64,000 bases of DNA from Octopus sinensis. Its lineage: Eukaryota. The notes beneath the pieces are model-generated. The model did no database searches and was not told the DNA's origin. It was given only the letters and a program-made list of their open reading frames with translations. Position numbers and translations under genes: made by a program. The number at the start of each line of letters is the position of its first letter. Position 1 is the first letter of the stretch. Shown here one piece after another: positions 63,926-64,000 of this stretch. The stretch lies in NCBI RefSeq assembly GCF_006345805.1, contig NC_042999.1:67332001-67396000 (forward strand), given 5' to 3'.

Positions 63926-63957
63926 AATGCATGATCTCTTTCTCTCCTTCTCTCTCT

Positions 63958-63991
<34 letters not shown>

Positions 63992-64000
63992 ATATTCTCC

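Overview
This is repeat-saturated, AT-rich eukaryotic (animal) DNA. It is most likely from a coleoid cephalopod (Octopus-like), an inference from the tRNA-head SINE families, the RTE/R4-Dong/Tx1/CR1 LINE relics and the extreme microsatellite load. I find no confidently identifiable host gene, intact RNA gene or CRISPR array. Nearly all listed ORFs are either microsatellite artefacts or decayed transposon fragments. The window holds degenerate RTE, CR1-group, R4/Dong (RLE) and Tx1 retrotransposons, two Tc1/mariner relics (one with DD35E spacing), Helitron pieces with an adjacent 165-bp tandem array, three or more SINE families, a 5S rRNA fragment and a 100-N gap. Four signals stand out. (1) At least five unrelated short non-coding repeat families carry minimal type I hammerhead ribozyme motifs, several in fold-back or tandem form, resembling Penelope/retrozyme elements. 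(2) One SINE's 3' tail matches the 3' end of a Tx1-like LINE, and it alternates with oppositely oriented Dong elements at (AAT)n tracts. (3) An RLE retrotransposon family is repeatedly embedded in (CATA)n. (4) There are many templated inverted duplications next to (TA)n tracts. All structures were read by eye and need computational confirmation.
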